From Saccostrea cucullata (Eukaryota): a stretch of 64,000 bases of DNA. Below, in pieces: positions 15,826 through 29,267 of the stretch. The first letter of the stretch is position 1. Each line of letters opens with the position of its first letter. Where the stretch lies: NCBI RefSeq assembly GCF_032062105.1, contig NW_026927928.1, positions 62,001 to 126,000 on the forward strand, read 5' to 3'. The position numbers and the translations under genes were made by a program. The notes under the pieces are model-generated. The model saw only the letters and a program-made list of their open reading frames with translations, had not been told where the DNA came from and searched no databases.

Positions 15826-18800
15826 CATTTTGTCCGGCGTCCGTCTGTCTGTCTGTATGAAAACTTTTCACATTTTTTACTTCTTCTCAAGAACCACTGG
15901 GCCAATTTTCAACCAAGCTTGGCACAAAGTATCCTTGGGTAATGGGGATTCAAATTTGTTTAAATGAAGGACCACGCCCTTATTCAAGGGGAGATAATTC
16001 AGAAATAGTGAAAATTTGGTGGAATGTTTTAAAAATCTTCTTCTCAAGAACCATTGTGCCAGGAAAAATGAAACTTATAGGAAAGCATCCTCAGGAAGCG
16101 TAGACTAAAGTTTATACAAATCATGACCCCCGGGGGGGGTAGGGTGGGGTCACAATGGCCAATTAAAGTTTAACATAGAAAAATAGAGGAAAATTCTTTT
16201 AAAATTTTCTTCTCAAGAATACAAAGGCATGAATGATCATATTTATACAGAAGCATCCTCAGGTAGTGTATATTCAGGATTGTTCAAGATATGACCCCTG
16301 GGGGTAGAGTTGATTCAAATTTCCAAGTTTTACATAGAAATATGTAGAAAAAAAAACTTTATAAATTTTCTTTTCAAGAATGGCAAAGCCATTGTTAGTC
16401 ATATCCATATGGAAGCATCCTCAGGTAGTGTAGATTTAAGTTTGTTCAAGTCATGACCCCCTGGGGTAGGGCGGGGATACAATGTAAGTACAAATGTAAA
16501 GGACAAAAAGCCACAGGTTGTCAAAGAAATATGAAGCATCTTTAGTTAGTGTAGATTCAAGTTTGTTCTAATCATACCCTGTGCTCTTTAAGGATTGGTT
16601 GAAACCACTTTTGGGTTTAAACTTTCCAATAATAAATTGATTTCTGCTTTTTCCCAAGCTATAGTGCTCAGGTGAGCGATGTGACCCATGGGCCTCTTGT
16701 AGAATGTTCAGGACTATTAAAGAATTTTTTAATAATGTAAAGAATTACGCAATTATAATAATCCATTGGATGCTTTGACATATTCAAATTTCCCTGCAGT
16801 GAATTTTAATAATGCCATCAAACTTTGCAAAATTCGATTGGTAACATATCATTTTACAGCCCGGCTGTGTTGTTTGATTAGCTATAGGTGACAAATGATG
16901 TATTGCCATGGGAATTTTCTAAATGTTACAAATTTTATAGCCGTTGTATACACCGGAATCCTAACAGATATGTTAACTTCTTTTCCCAGACCTACAGGGT
17001 CAATTGATCAAACTGGTCAACGCATCACATTATTGTAAAGTTTGAAGATAATGAAGGCTGAAACGTTCCCTGTAGTGAATATTCACTCCACTTTGTCTTG
17101 TTAAAATATAAACCGAAGATTCTAATTACATGAGAAGATATAAATATGTAATTTTTCAACAAGATAAGAATGCCTTAAGTTTTCAAAGAAAACAATGTCA
17201 GAATGGCAATTTCTTGCGAGACAATCGGCTCTTATTTCCTTGGAATTTTGCATTTTATTGATATATTTTGGCACATTTACTTTAATATGTTGTAAAAGAT
17301 ACACGGTTAACTACATGTACTTACATTGCAATTATGTATTACAAATACAACAAAACATTAATTTGGAAATATGCTGAAAATTGTGGCCCCTAAGTTGAGG
17401 AAGAGGCTATAAAAGGATTTTTTTAAAGCAAAAAAAATTGGAAAATTAAATGTATTAGCGTAATTGAGGGGTTCATTCCAGAGTAAGTTTTATCTTCTTT
17501 AGAATACTTTCTGGATGGGGCAGAGAAAACTCGTGCCCCCTTCCTTAGAGCCATGTTTCGTTATGACTCACTAAAAATATTTCAATTTCCAAGTACTGCT
17601 TGTGTTTTTACAGTCCTCACAGATAATTTATGAAAAACAAAGTAGAACTAAAAGCTTTTTATTAAGATGCCTTTCATTTTTCATATACTCGTATTTTACT
17701 TAACCGAATATATCGGAAATAACTTTTAAAAATTAATTAAAACTAGATCTTGGTTTGGTCGGGATGTTCTTTCGATACTGCTAAAAGGAAAACTAAATTC
17801 ATTCTCAAAAGGTCCGCATAATCTTATTCGGTAGCTAAAACAACTTTTATTTGGGGATAGGTTAAAGATTGCACAACAAAACAGATACCTACTAACTGTC
17901 CTTTACCATTACTGAATTAGAAATTTACATGAGGAGTACACGAATTTCTAATTCAATTAAGGAATGTTTTTTAGTTTTGTGTGAGTTATTGGTGTGTGAA
18001 TCACACAGACTTGTCACGTAGGCATATTTCATGAAGCGCGCTTCATGAACAGGGCATAAATATTGATTCGTAAACGACATAACCTTGTCACAGGTCCGAT
18101 GATTAATAATGCCCTGTTCACACGAAGAGTTTAATTCGAATTAAACGTAAGTTTACTGCGAATTAGCTTCGCTTAGCGTTCACACGGAGAATTTAATGCG
18201 AATTAGTTTACTTCGCATTAGTTTACTGCGAATTAAATTACTTCGCATTAGCTCCGTGTGAACGCTAAGCGAAGCTAATTTGGATTAAATATTGGGGCAT
18301 GCGTAATGGCAAAATTAAGTCAAATCCGTCATGTCGGTGGTCAGCTTTAAGTACTTGTGCTATTTTAAGTGAAAAACTAAGAAAAAATATGTTAATCACT
18401 GAAATATGTCTCCAGACACTGTGGCATTATGTCTAATGCATTTGCTTCTGCATAAAGTGACGTGATTTGCAAATGACGTCATAATAGCCTTCCCCACGCC
18501 TGACTGTCGAAGTAAAAATTTAATTCGCATTAGTTTACTTCGCATTAGCTGTCGTGTGAACGCTATTTAATTCGCATTAGTTTGATTCGCATTAGTTTAC
18601 TTCGCATTAATTTACTGCGAATTAAACTTGCCGTGTGAACAGGGCATAACATTATGTTTGAAGGAGAGCAAAGTCATATTTTTATTTTTAAAAAAGTAAA
18701 AACGTTTGACTTGAGCAAGTCTGAATAGTTTATACATGTATTTTTCATGGAACGTTTTTTGAAATTGAATCTGGATGGACTAAAATCTATAAAACAGCAT

Positions 18801-20050
18801 TGTATTACTTTGTGATTTTTTTCAGGACACAAATTATGTTTCTAATATTGACCATCGCAACCAGCCTGCCTTTGTCAAATGCAACGTTACCTAAGCCACC
18901 ACAGATGCAACAGTTTGAGACGGAAGAGGATATGTTGAGAGCATATATGATTGAGGGTTATACATATGAAAAGATGCTTCTGTGTTTATCATTGTATCAC
19001 AGCATTACATGGAGCGTCCGTAAACTTAAACAAAGACTAAAATCTTTCAACCTCTATCGAAGGAAACACATGACTCCTCTTCCAATCGTTGAAGATAAAA
19101 TAAAAGAGGAGTTAACTGGCCCTAACAGTAATGTTGGGTACAGAGAAATGTGGAGGACACTACAAAGAAAATATAAACTTGTTGTTGCAAGGAATAAAGT
19201 AATGGAAATTTTACGGAGATTGGACCCCCATGGCAGTGAGAAAAGGAGGACACGGCGTTTGCAAAGACGAATTTATATCAGTGATGGTCCTAACTTTACC
19301 TGGCATATGGACGGTTTTGATAAATTAAAACCGTATGGATTTGCAATTCATGGTGCTGTAGATGGATTTTCCAGACGTGTCATGTGGTTAGAAGTATGTG
19401 CCACTAATAATGACCCAGCTGTTATTGCAGGTTATTATTTGAATTGTATAGAACAAATGGAAGGAATCCCAAAGAATCTTAGAACAGACCCTGGGACCGA
19501 GAACAGCACAACAGCAGCGATACAAACAGTTTTTTCTGTGAACGAATTAAGTCACAGGTTTGTCACTTCTGTAAGGAATCAGCGTATAGAGGCATGGTGG
19601 AGCTATTTTAAAAGAAACAAAGCTCAGTGGATGATGGACTATTTCTCCGATTTGTATTCAGTCGGTATTTACAATCCAGATAATCGATTTCAGAAATCTT
19701 GTTTTCAGTTTTGCTTTATGAATATATTACAAAAAGAACTCGAGAGTACCGCATTAGCATGGAACTCTCATAGAATAAGACCAAACACAGGCTCGTGTCC
19801 TGCAGGAATTCCAAATGAAATATATTTCTTACACGACCTCTACAGCAAATCAGACTTTAAACAGCCAATCAATCAGGACCAAATCAACAATATGAGAGTA
19901 AACACTAAACCTAAAAAGTTGTGTGATGATAACGATGTAGAAGAATACTTAGAGTATGTCAAATCCTTTGCAGATTGGGATGAACCAAGTGATTTTGACT
20001 CTGCGTTAAAACAATATTTGAGACTTATGCGCCTCTCTGGCGAAAATTAA
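15645..20050 (+). CDS. IS3/integrase-core DDE transposase (2 exons)
   Basis: Exon 15645-15661 (MSVLKR, AG|GTAAGT) joins in phase 2 to exon 18826-20050. IS3-type HTH GYREMWRTLQRKYKLVVARNKVMEILRRL. Catalytic WHMD...LRTDPGTEN...NQRIE with D(33)E spacing. Frame uninterrupted. Confidence 0.88.
15783..16700 (+). mobile_element. HINE/Helitron-N element with Cg170-type repeats in the transposase intron
   Basis: TTAGCTCACCTGAGCCGAAGGCTCAAGTGAGC...CTCAGGTGAGCGATGTGACCCATGGGCCTCTTGT. Confidence 0.85.
18110..18646. mobile_element. PIF/Harbinger-like MITE
   Basis: TIR TGCCCTGTTCACACG / CGTGTGAACAGGGCA, TAA on both sides, internal TTTACT(G/T)CG(A/C)ATTA repeats. Confidence 0.8.
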
Positions 20051-20274
20051 CAACATAGATAGATAGTAATAATTAATAAAAAAAAAAAGGCTTAAGAGGT
20101 ATTCAGAAAAGGAAAGTGTACATGCATGCCCTGCATATTCGCGAACTGGATTTCAGAGGTCAGAAAGGCGTGAAAGATCTACATTGTATTTAAATAATAT
20201 TGTTTTTAGAGAGCAACTGTTCATTAAACTTGGATTTTTATAATTCGTATTCGAAAATTCAGAAATGTATAGTT

Positions 20275-21021
20275 TTTGCCCCATGCTTCCGTCTCCGTCT
20301 GTCCAGCTGTCTTTCTATTCGTCTGCAAAAACTTTAACACGACTATAACCTTTGATTGGTTTGAGCAATGGGTCACATATTTCAAAAATATAATCCTTGT
20401 GACAATGCTTTTCTTTACGTATCAACATATTTGACCCCTTGACCTTGGAGTTTAAAATAATCCAGCCATAAATTACCTAATATTATAACCATGGCCATAT
20501 CTTTTGAACGATTGGTGCTATAATAGCTCTCAAATTTCACATGTGTATTTATTGAAACAAGATCTTTCAAGGAATATAAATATCTCTGACCTTTTGACTT
20601 TGACCCAGTTAAAAAAAATTAAAAATTCACAAATCTTTTGAACAATTAGTACAAGGGTCTTCATATTTCATAGGTGTATTTAATGTGACAATGCATTCCA
20701 TACCAACAAATTTGACTTTTTGAACTTAGAGTTTGACCTGTTTTTGAAAAAAGTTAAATTTGGATTTTGAACTTTTGAACATTGGTGCTTCATGTTTGGT
20801 TTACATTTCAAAAACCTTTAACCTAAGCCAAAAATTTTAATAGCAAGTGTCTGGGCTCTCCTTTTTCACATATATATTCATTGAGAACAAGTCCTTTCTT
20901 CCGATAACTAGTCAACCCTTTAATCCTTGACCTTGAAGTTTGACTAGTATTTGAGGAACTTTAACCTTCGCTAAAAGCTGACATATTGGGAAGAAAAGTG
21001 TTTCACGAACACATCCTAGTT
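20275..21021 (+). mobile_element. Degenerate HINE/pearl-like element between the two convergent transposon genes
   Basis: CCGTCTGT tract, repeated TTGACC...TTGACCTTG cores, 3' GTGTTTCACGAACACATCCTAGTT. Confidence 0.55.
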
Positions 21022-21328
21022 TTTTTCTGTCTTGATATACGATTACTTTTAATTTTACACGACATCCATTAAAACATGTTTATTTTTCTGTTTGGTTATT
21101 ACAAGGATATTATTGACTACATGCATAAACTGGAAGTCAAATCCTTAAAAAATATTTCCAGAATTTTGGTCTACTCTTACAAAAACACACACGTAAAATA
21201 TTGTGTGTAATTAGATATTCAATCTGATTTGTTTGCCCCATGCTATATGTTTTTGACTGATGTTGATACATGGAAGTAGTTTGTAATAGTTCTTCAGGAC
21301 ATGTACTGGGGAGTACCAAATGAGTCCT

Positions 21329-24300
21329 TTAAAATCTCCCAAAGCTTGGAGAATTCAAAATTCCGAAGTCCATATTGTCCTTAAATTCTTCATAGGACTG
21401 GACTACAGGTAACTTCAGCTCGTTTGCGCATGTGTTTGCTATTGGGAATTTTGATATGAAATTCTGCCCCTCCTCTTCTGCGTGAATGAATGATACTGAT
21501 GGTGAAGGAGTGAATCCTTGTGGGGGTATTGAATCAGATCCAGTTGCAAAAATAAGAATTGCAGAGAGTGATGCTTTGGCAGACTTTTCTGAAAGTAAAG
21601 GCATTAGGTATTGAATTAAGTGTTGACTTTCACAGTAAATAGATATATCTTTTTTTATTCTTACATGTAACATCCAACAGTATTCCACTTGACCATAATT
21701 GTAATGTAAAAATATTTTTTCTAATATTCATTAAGATGACAGAAATTCGGAAGGGGCTTGATATGTTGCTAGAAATAAATACCTTCAGCATCCTGGATGT
21801 AATCCCTCCAAAACCCCAATGTTGTATTTTCAATTAAACGCTTGCTACTTCCTACCACACTCATCTTGGGTATAAACAGACTTTCGATTTCAGCAGCGGT
21901 TGGTTGCATAGGACTATATATGAAGCAATTTCTGAGAAGATTTGGATGTTTGATGATTTCTTGTAAAACACCTAGAGTTTCCAATCCCTTTCTCAACCTA
22001 TTAAAAGAAATAAACTTATTCTTCTACTAAAACAAGCAAGTTTAATTAAAAACCTATATATAAGTAGTACATAATCTGCAAACTTACAATAATATACATT
22101 ATCCTATATATACGTTATCATAATTAATATTAAGCGTACCTTTCGTAAGCTGACCTTGTTCTTCCTAGAACATACCATCTCTTTAAATCTTCTGCAATAT
22201 GATATTTTTCCTCCACAGATTTTACATGATGGAAACATCCAGCTATCGTAAGAATACTTGCCTCGGCATGAAGGGTATTTTGAAGATCGTGTATGTTCTC
22301 TGCTTCCGTTATCTGTTGTTATATAACATTTCATAATTTATTTGTTTTCATATATTAATATAGAACAATGTCTTACAAGTTTTTAATATAGTCGATATAT
22401 CAGAGATTCTTTATTTAAAAATTCACTAATTTTATTTAATAACTGTCAAAATACATATTTCTATGGGAACATGAAGTGCATTAAGAATCCTCAGAAGTAT
22501 CTAGTATTCAGTTTACCCTCTTTATAGCATTTCTGACTTCCTCATTGGTTATATCGTCCAGCGGAACATGGATTTTCTCGGGCCCTTGTACCAAAGCATC
22601 AAACAGTGTTGGTGAGAAGAATTTTGGTGAAGGTCCACCATGTACAAGACAAATCGCCAACATTTGTCCGGCCATATAATAATCATCTCTTTGTAAAGCT
22701 GCAATGAACATAAGAAAGCATAAGATCATGGAACATTGGAAATATGCAGCTTACGTCATTTCAATCTCTTACAGACAAAACAATTATTGACAGACAATGA
22801 AATGGGCAGGTACAATTCGACGCGGTTGACCGAGAAAATGTTGGATTGAAATTCTAATTTGAAATGCATTTTCAATCCCCTTCAGCTACTCTAGAAGGCA
22901 TGGTTTTTTTATGCACCCAGAAGACAAATACTTTTAACTCCCAAAATTTTTAATATATTGTTTGAAATTCATATTCATATGATTTATTTTTAGCCTTAAG
23001 AAGACATATAAAATTCATAGAAGACATCGATTAATTTTTTTTCAGAGGAGAGCCATTTGATTCCAAAAATGACGATCGAGACAGATCACTCATACACAGG
23101 ACAGAATATATTTATTTCTAGAATGACTAAAACTTTTTTTTTAACTTTTGTCTCCACTGAAAACTTTTGAAATATTTTCTTCTTCATTAGCATGTTTGTT
23201 CACCCCCCCCCCCAACACACATGCATATACAAAAGAGAAATCAATTTTGTGTCTCTTATTGTTATAGTAGAAGACTAAGCTTCCTGTATGAAACAAGCGC
23301 CTGTGTTTATACCCCCTCCCCCCCCCCAAAAAAAAAATACATTTGTATGCGTACCCTGACTATCAAGAGCCAATATTCTGGATGTAATGGGGCCCTCAAA
23401 CATACACGTTTGGGAAAGGCTTCCCATAAGCAGGCGAAGGAACTCCCTTCTAGGGCCACCCTGATCCAAAGCCTCTTCCGATGCCCCTTCATCATCAGTA
23501 AATTTCACAAATAAGGTGTTTTCAGGTGAAAATGATGTTCTTTTGAATCCTCGACAAGCCCCATCCCAAACATTTTTTCTATTGATGTTGAATCTGTTTA
23601 TCTCTGTCTTCTTAATTTTTTGACTAAGATCCATCAAAATGTCTTTGACCGTTGTAGAAACTACTTCCCTAAAATATACATGCTAGAAATTATTCAATAA
23701 AATGAAAATACATGCAGCATGCAATTACACAAATAAGGCACGTAGCAACAGGAGGGGGATGTCCTCCCCCTTTTTACAAACATAACTTTATACTACTGTA
23801 TTAATAATATTCATTGAAGGCTGGGTGCTCCGCCCTCCTCCCACTTATACCCACAGTAAGGTAAAAAAGGGTAATATAGCATTATATGTAGATAATATGG
23901 TACTGAAAAAAGTCCAATCCCCTAACCACAACCCTACCCCCACCACCACGAAATACGATTTTCGAGTTTGGGCAATTTCTATTTTTTATTTGATTGTTTT
24001 TTAAGATAGAATTTTTTGTTATCTGATTGTCCCCTTTCAAAATTGATGCTATGTCACTGCAAATATCTTTATTTATGTAATATTTACTGAACATTGTCCT
24101 CTTCCTTATCAAGAAGGGGCGGTAGTGGTGAGACTGTTTTATCCTCTTTATCATCGCTTTCATCTGGCAATATGGTGATGTACTCACTATAAAGATATTG
24201 TTTTTATAAAAAAAAACATACAACCTATAATTTAATTTAAAAATATTTTTGATAATTTATAACATTACTAATAAAAAATATAATATAAATACCTGTAATT

Positions 24301-27176
24301 TAAGCAATGTGCCCCTGACATCGAAGAACTAGTTGATGGCTGGTCGTCCTTTTGTCTTTGAATGTTGGTTTGGGTTCTTTTTTTCCGAAACTTTATTTCT
24401 GGAGTGCCTGACGAGTCCCAAGAATCATCCAAGTTTATTTCGGGTAACTCGTCAGAGTCGGAGTCTTTTTGAACTGTTAAAAAATGAAATTAATGCATTA
24501 GCAATTAAACACATACAGAGACGTCGAAACCGGAGGGTGGGTGGTGTGGTTATCCCCCCTTATTTGTAGACATGTTCATAATATATAGGCATTTTAAATT
24601 GGTGTTTATATACATTTTTTGTTCAGCTCATACCTCCTTTCTATACCCAATTTTTAATTTCCTCTTGACACCTTTGGCATATGGGCAGATAAAATCGTTT
24701 AAAGCTATTGTAAAATAAATATTTCCAATGATGAATTCTCCGCTTTTTCTAAGTTATTTTAAAACATACCTTTTTCGTACTCCGTTTTTGGACATATATA
24801 TAGTGGTACTTTTTGATAAGGAAATCCAAGAAATTCCTTGTATCCACGAAGGGTCATGGGAGATGATGTGCCAGGAATACAGGTAGCTAACGAACCATCT
24901 TTATACAGAAGAACGTAACTGGTATCTGGTAGACCTTTATTAAGAAGGATATGCTTTTCCTGTGCTAATCTTATTAAGTCACCACCAGTGCTACTTGGTA
25001 GGACTTCCAAGGTAACGCCACTACCTCTTACGTACTTTGGTGCCCCTGCGTTGCATCTCATTAAACCTACAGTTATCTAATTTGAAAACAGAAAAAAAGA
25101 TATACATGGAAGATTAGGACATATGAAAATTAAGAACCGCACAAAAATGATCACAGTTAAAAAAAAAAAACATATTCTGTGATATTTAGCATATTTGTTG
25201 AATTAGAAAAAAACATACTTTTTGAAATACACTAAATGTAATTCAAATTTGTCATTTTGGTCGCATTTTATGCCGATATAACTATATTAAACCAGTAAAT
25301 TTTGATTATAAGTAATGAAACTTAACCTAATTAAAATAAAATGTTAGTTCCGCTCGCATACTCGCTTTTCTAACATTGATGGATACAGTGTGAAGTGTGG
25401 TGTGTTCATAAACCTACTATAGGTAAAAAAATCTCCGAACTAGCTCAAAAATCCTAATTTGATAAGGGGTGGGGTTTTATTTTGTTTTCACAATCAAAAT
25501 TCTTAATTATGCCTGGATGCTATGCTATGCTCCCATGCTTGAAACCTTGTTTATGTGTAATTATAATATGTATGCTTATACAGTGTAATTGGCGAACATA
25601 TATCATATATTCAGTTAAAAATCAGCAGGACGCAAAAAAAATAAAATAGTGCACGTGATCTACAGTTGTCAAAAAGGCTTTATATATATTCGTTGTTTCA
25701 ACAGATCTGCTGGTGTGTATACTGAATTCAAAGGATCAAGGGACATTTTTTCAAATTTGTACCATTGAATTAATTGATCTGTCAGCAGCGTTTTACCGCA
25801 TGCCAAGAAAACTTGTAGACACATTAGAGCGAACTTAAACGTTTATCTCTGATTTTTGTGCGCGGGGCCATTAATGTCATCAGTTTTGAGGGAAGGATCT
25901 TAAGTTTTATATTTCAGTTAGAATAATAAGTATTTAGATGCCTTTGTGTCCCTTTTCTTTCTTTTGTTGTTGTTGTTGTTGTTGTGTGTGTGGGGGGGGG
26001 GGGGGTCTAAATCAAATGCTGTTATGAAGTAAAATAAAAGAAAATGAAAATTAAATTAAGAATTTTAGTTTTACGAAAAGAATGAGTTATATATACAGCA
26101 TGAATTCTTTACCAAACATTCTTTCTTTTCTTGTTACATGTCTAGATGTCAAGATCACATCATAATACGGAACAGTCAATTTTACGAACAGTCGCAGCTA
26201 TTGCAGAAAAAAAATTACATAACCCGCTTACGCGGGTTAATATGTATTTTTTCTGCAACAGCTGCTTCCGTTCATTCCAGTAACAACAAACAAAGAAAGC
26301 ATTTTATTGTTTAAATAAATTAGCCCATCCATCCTTAAACTGTCCATAAATTTTTAAGCAAGATGTGTAACAGACAAGACAGTGGGTTCCTTTGAGAAAG
26401 TAATAACGGTAATAAATGACCCATAAGTAAAATGAAGGTATTTCTGGTGGTGAATTAATTTTAATATATACAGGTAAACGTGCAAGAATGCCAGGGCCTG
26501 GGTTTATAAGCAAAAAAAATTAAACTGCTTTCCTAACGTGAAAACCCTATTTCAAGTTGGTGGTGGTGATTAGTTTGGATGTAGGGATAGTCGTTGAATT
26601 CTGAAGCTTCATACCTATGACTTTTAAGTTTTAATATCAACTTCATGCAGATTTCGATGGTCTGCATTTTCAAAGGGGTGGAGCCCAAGCTCACTTTTTA
26701 GTTAATTTTAAATAATTCAAATAAGTCTATTTTTTCCTTTGACTCTTCAGAGTCTGATTAAAATTGTTTCATACACGTCAACTCAACCAGAAGGGTGTCA
26801 TCGTCTCAAGCCACGGTTCTGAGTCTACATGTTTGTCTCTCTCAATGGGAGAGGATCGTACATTTTGGCCGTGGTTTGCGATGATGAAAGATTGTATGTG
26901 CGTGAAAACCATGTATTCTGCATTTATATGTTCGCCTGAAAGAAATCTTTAGCTATACCAACCTTGACACGCCCTTCGCATTTTCTACCCTTTTTAGAGA
27001 AAGGAAATGTAGTTCTCCGTTCCTGTTCTTTTTCTCTTCTAAAGCTTTGAAACTCATCAAAAGTTGGTAATGTTACATGTTTTGTTCTTTCAGTGCCTGT
27101 AGTTTCTGTAAATACCACACATTGTATTTGTGATGGATAACTACAATGTAGAAGTTGTTTATATGAGACAGAGAGA

Positions 27177-27208
<32 letters not shown>

Positions 27209-27347
27209 TAGAGAAAGAGAGAGGGGGAGAGCCCGAAAGAGAGAATCTGTATATATACATACCCAAGGACTTGTCAATTTTCTTCCCACACTTTGAGCAA
27301 TAATTATCATTCTGATTAGGTGATCCACAAGAAGAACAAAATGCCAT
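21329..27347 (-). CDS. Zinc-ribbon + HECT E3 ubiquitin ligase (G2E3-like HECT), 10 exons, one apparent homopolymer frameshift
   Basis: Exons 27347-27263, 27105-26963, 25076-24770, 24473-24293, 24186-24088, 23668-23355, 22698-22517, 22312-22140, 21997-21783 and 21588-21329. Motifs CSSC...CSKC, EEALDQGGPRREF, LIFATGSDSIPPQGF, PIANTCANELKLP (catalytic Cys ~21429), C-terminal SFGRF*. The frame needs one extra A in the run at 24378-24384. Confidence 0.85.
26187..26273. repeat. Imperfect palindrome in a HECT-gene intron
   Basis: GCAGCTATTGCAGAAAAAA...TAACCCGC-TTAC-GCGGGTTA...TTTTTTCTGCAACAGCTGC. Confidence 0.6.
27165..27245 (+). repeat. (GA)n microsatellite in HECT-gene intron 1
   Basis: Visible; it generates the spurious SLSLSL ORFs. 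Confidence 0.9.
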
Positions 27348-27729
27348 TTTAGCGACGTCCTTATGAAATGAGGGGAATGGTGAAGTAAAAATATCCACGA
27401 AGTAATCAAATCATCCTCGTTATTGTTTCAACAACCCGTGATTTATGAATATACAGATGGGGCGCTAGGCTTATCCCGGAGGGAATTTTATAATACGATA
27501 CGCAAGGTCTTGACCTTTCAGCGATTCAAGCGCTCTTTGAATTGGATGTCATTAATTTTAATCAAGCAGAAACAGCCACCCTCTTGATCCTCTATGCATA
27601 ATGCCACACATCAACAAATTAAGTATACCGTTAAACAATTATTGACAATTTACTTCAAACATTAGATTGAAGTATTTGTTTCAGTTGATATTTTCTCTTT
27701 CTCCCTCACTCTCCTTTTTATTAAATAAT

Positions 27730-28280
27730 TTCTTTTTTTCTTTTTTTATAATTCCGTTTTTCTTTTTTTTAATAATTTCGTTTTTCTTTTAATAATTTAT
27801 ATAATTTCGTTTTTCTTTATATATAATTTCGTTTCTCTTTATATATTAATAATTTCGTTTTCTTTATATATTAATTTCGTTTTCCTTTATTTAATAATTT
27901 CGTTTCTCTTTATATATTAATTTCGTTTCTCTTTATATATTAATTTCGTTTCTCTTTGTATATTAATTTCGTTTTCCTTTATTTAATAATTTCGTTTCTC
28001 TTTATATATTAATTTCGTTTTCCTTTATTTAATAATTTCGTTTCTCTTTATATATTAATTTCGTTTTCCTTTATTTAATAATTTCGTTTCTCTTTATATA
28101 TTAATTTCGTTTTTCTTTATTTAATAATTTCGTTTCTCTTTATATATTAATTTCGTTTTTCTTTATATATAATTTCGTTTCTCTTTATATATTAATTTCG
28201 TTTTCTTATATATAAGACTTTAAAACTCGTTTTTCATATATATTAATTTCTTTTTAAGGCGGTATTTAATAATTTCGATA
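27730..28280 (-). repeat. Right array, reverse complement of the left array
   Basis: TAATTTCGTTTCTCTTTATATAT and TAATAATTTCGTTTT units. Confidence 0.9.
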
Positions 28281-29267
28281 TCACAGATATAGCTGCACAT
28301 TTGTTTGAATAGTGGAAAATGTGCACTTGCTGGTGTGTGACCTTTAGATTTCTATTTTAGGATTATACATCTACATATATAATTTTACCAACTATTTTTA
28401 AAATCTAATCATACCTAGAAGGGAATAGAATTTTTGAAAGACTTTCAAATTTCCCATTATATATATTTGTTTTTCATCAATAATTTCGTTTACAATTATA
28501 TAAAAATTTGTGTTCTTTATATATTTTTGGTTTGCAATTACAATACCTTTCACTAAAATCGAAAGAATAATGAATTTCAATGAAGTCTAGCTGTATATAT
28601 ACCAGGATTTAATCAAAACACGCTAAAATTGTATAAAGAATATAATTTTTCGTTAGAATTTGATAAAGAAATTAATATATTTTGGTAACCATAGTACAAT
28701 CTCTCATTAATACCAAAACCCACATGTATTTTATAGGGTTGAGTATCTTGTTCCAGTAGAGCTTTTGTATACATTTTAATTGAAATAAATACCAAATCAT
28801 AGAGCAGATTTTTATATTTTCTAAAAGCCATAACAATATGCTGATTAACAAAATATAAAAAATAATCATAAAAATAAGATTCTCTTGTGGCCTTAGCACA
28901 TGTATTGCTAACTGATTATGTCCAATAGATATATAGAAAATGTTCAACTGTTACATGTAACGTGTGCTATAGCAAACGTTAACGGTTGAACATTTTCAGT
29001 TTCATTTCAACAACCACTGAAACAATTTCATCGAATTTTGTCATAAAGCATCTATTAGAAAAGGGGAACAATATTTATAAATTTTATGGTCCCTGCCTTT
29101 CTTGGGTGTGAGGGGTGGGGAAAAACTAATGCAGTCATTTAAGCCCTCTTCACTCCTGTTCACAAAAACACTTTAAATGATGCCATGATTGTGATAAACA
29201 TTGAGATTTTCTACCAAAAATGTGAAATTAATAAACACAAAGTATTGGAGTAACGTTAGGGTTCTAG

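Larger units (their letters stand above)
13966..28540 (+). mobile_element. IS3EU-like DNA transposon region (DDE transposase + convergent HECT ligase) with long inverted AT-rich arrays
   Basis: Left arrays of AAAGA(A/G)AAACGAAATTA (13966-14560, 15420-15512) and a reverse-complement array at ~27730-28280. ATTGCAAACCAAAAATATATAAAGAA (14191) has its reverse complement at ~28513-28538. Exact ends and TSD are not resolvable. Confidence 0.75.

Noticed and set aside
18800-20050. Bacterial IS3 contamination or LTR-retrotransposon integrase
   Set aside because: A spliced first exon is predicted, eukaryotic TEs are nested in the intron, and there is no RT, RNase H, gag or LTR.
21329-27347. True G2E3 orthologue
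   Set aside because: No PHD/RING fingers and it lies within transposon arrays, so no symbol was assigned.
28540-28980. Precise right terminus and TSD of the large transposon
   Set aside because: Similarity to the left end fades after ~28538 and no matching duplication was found.
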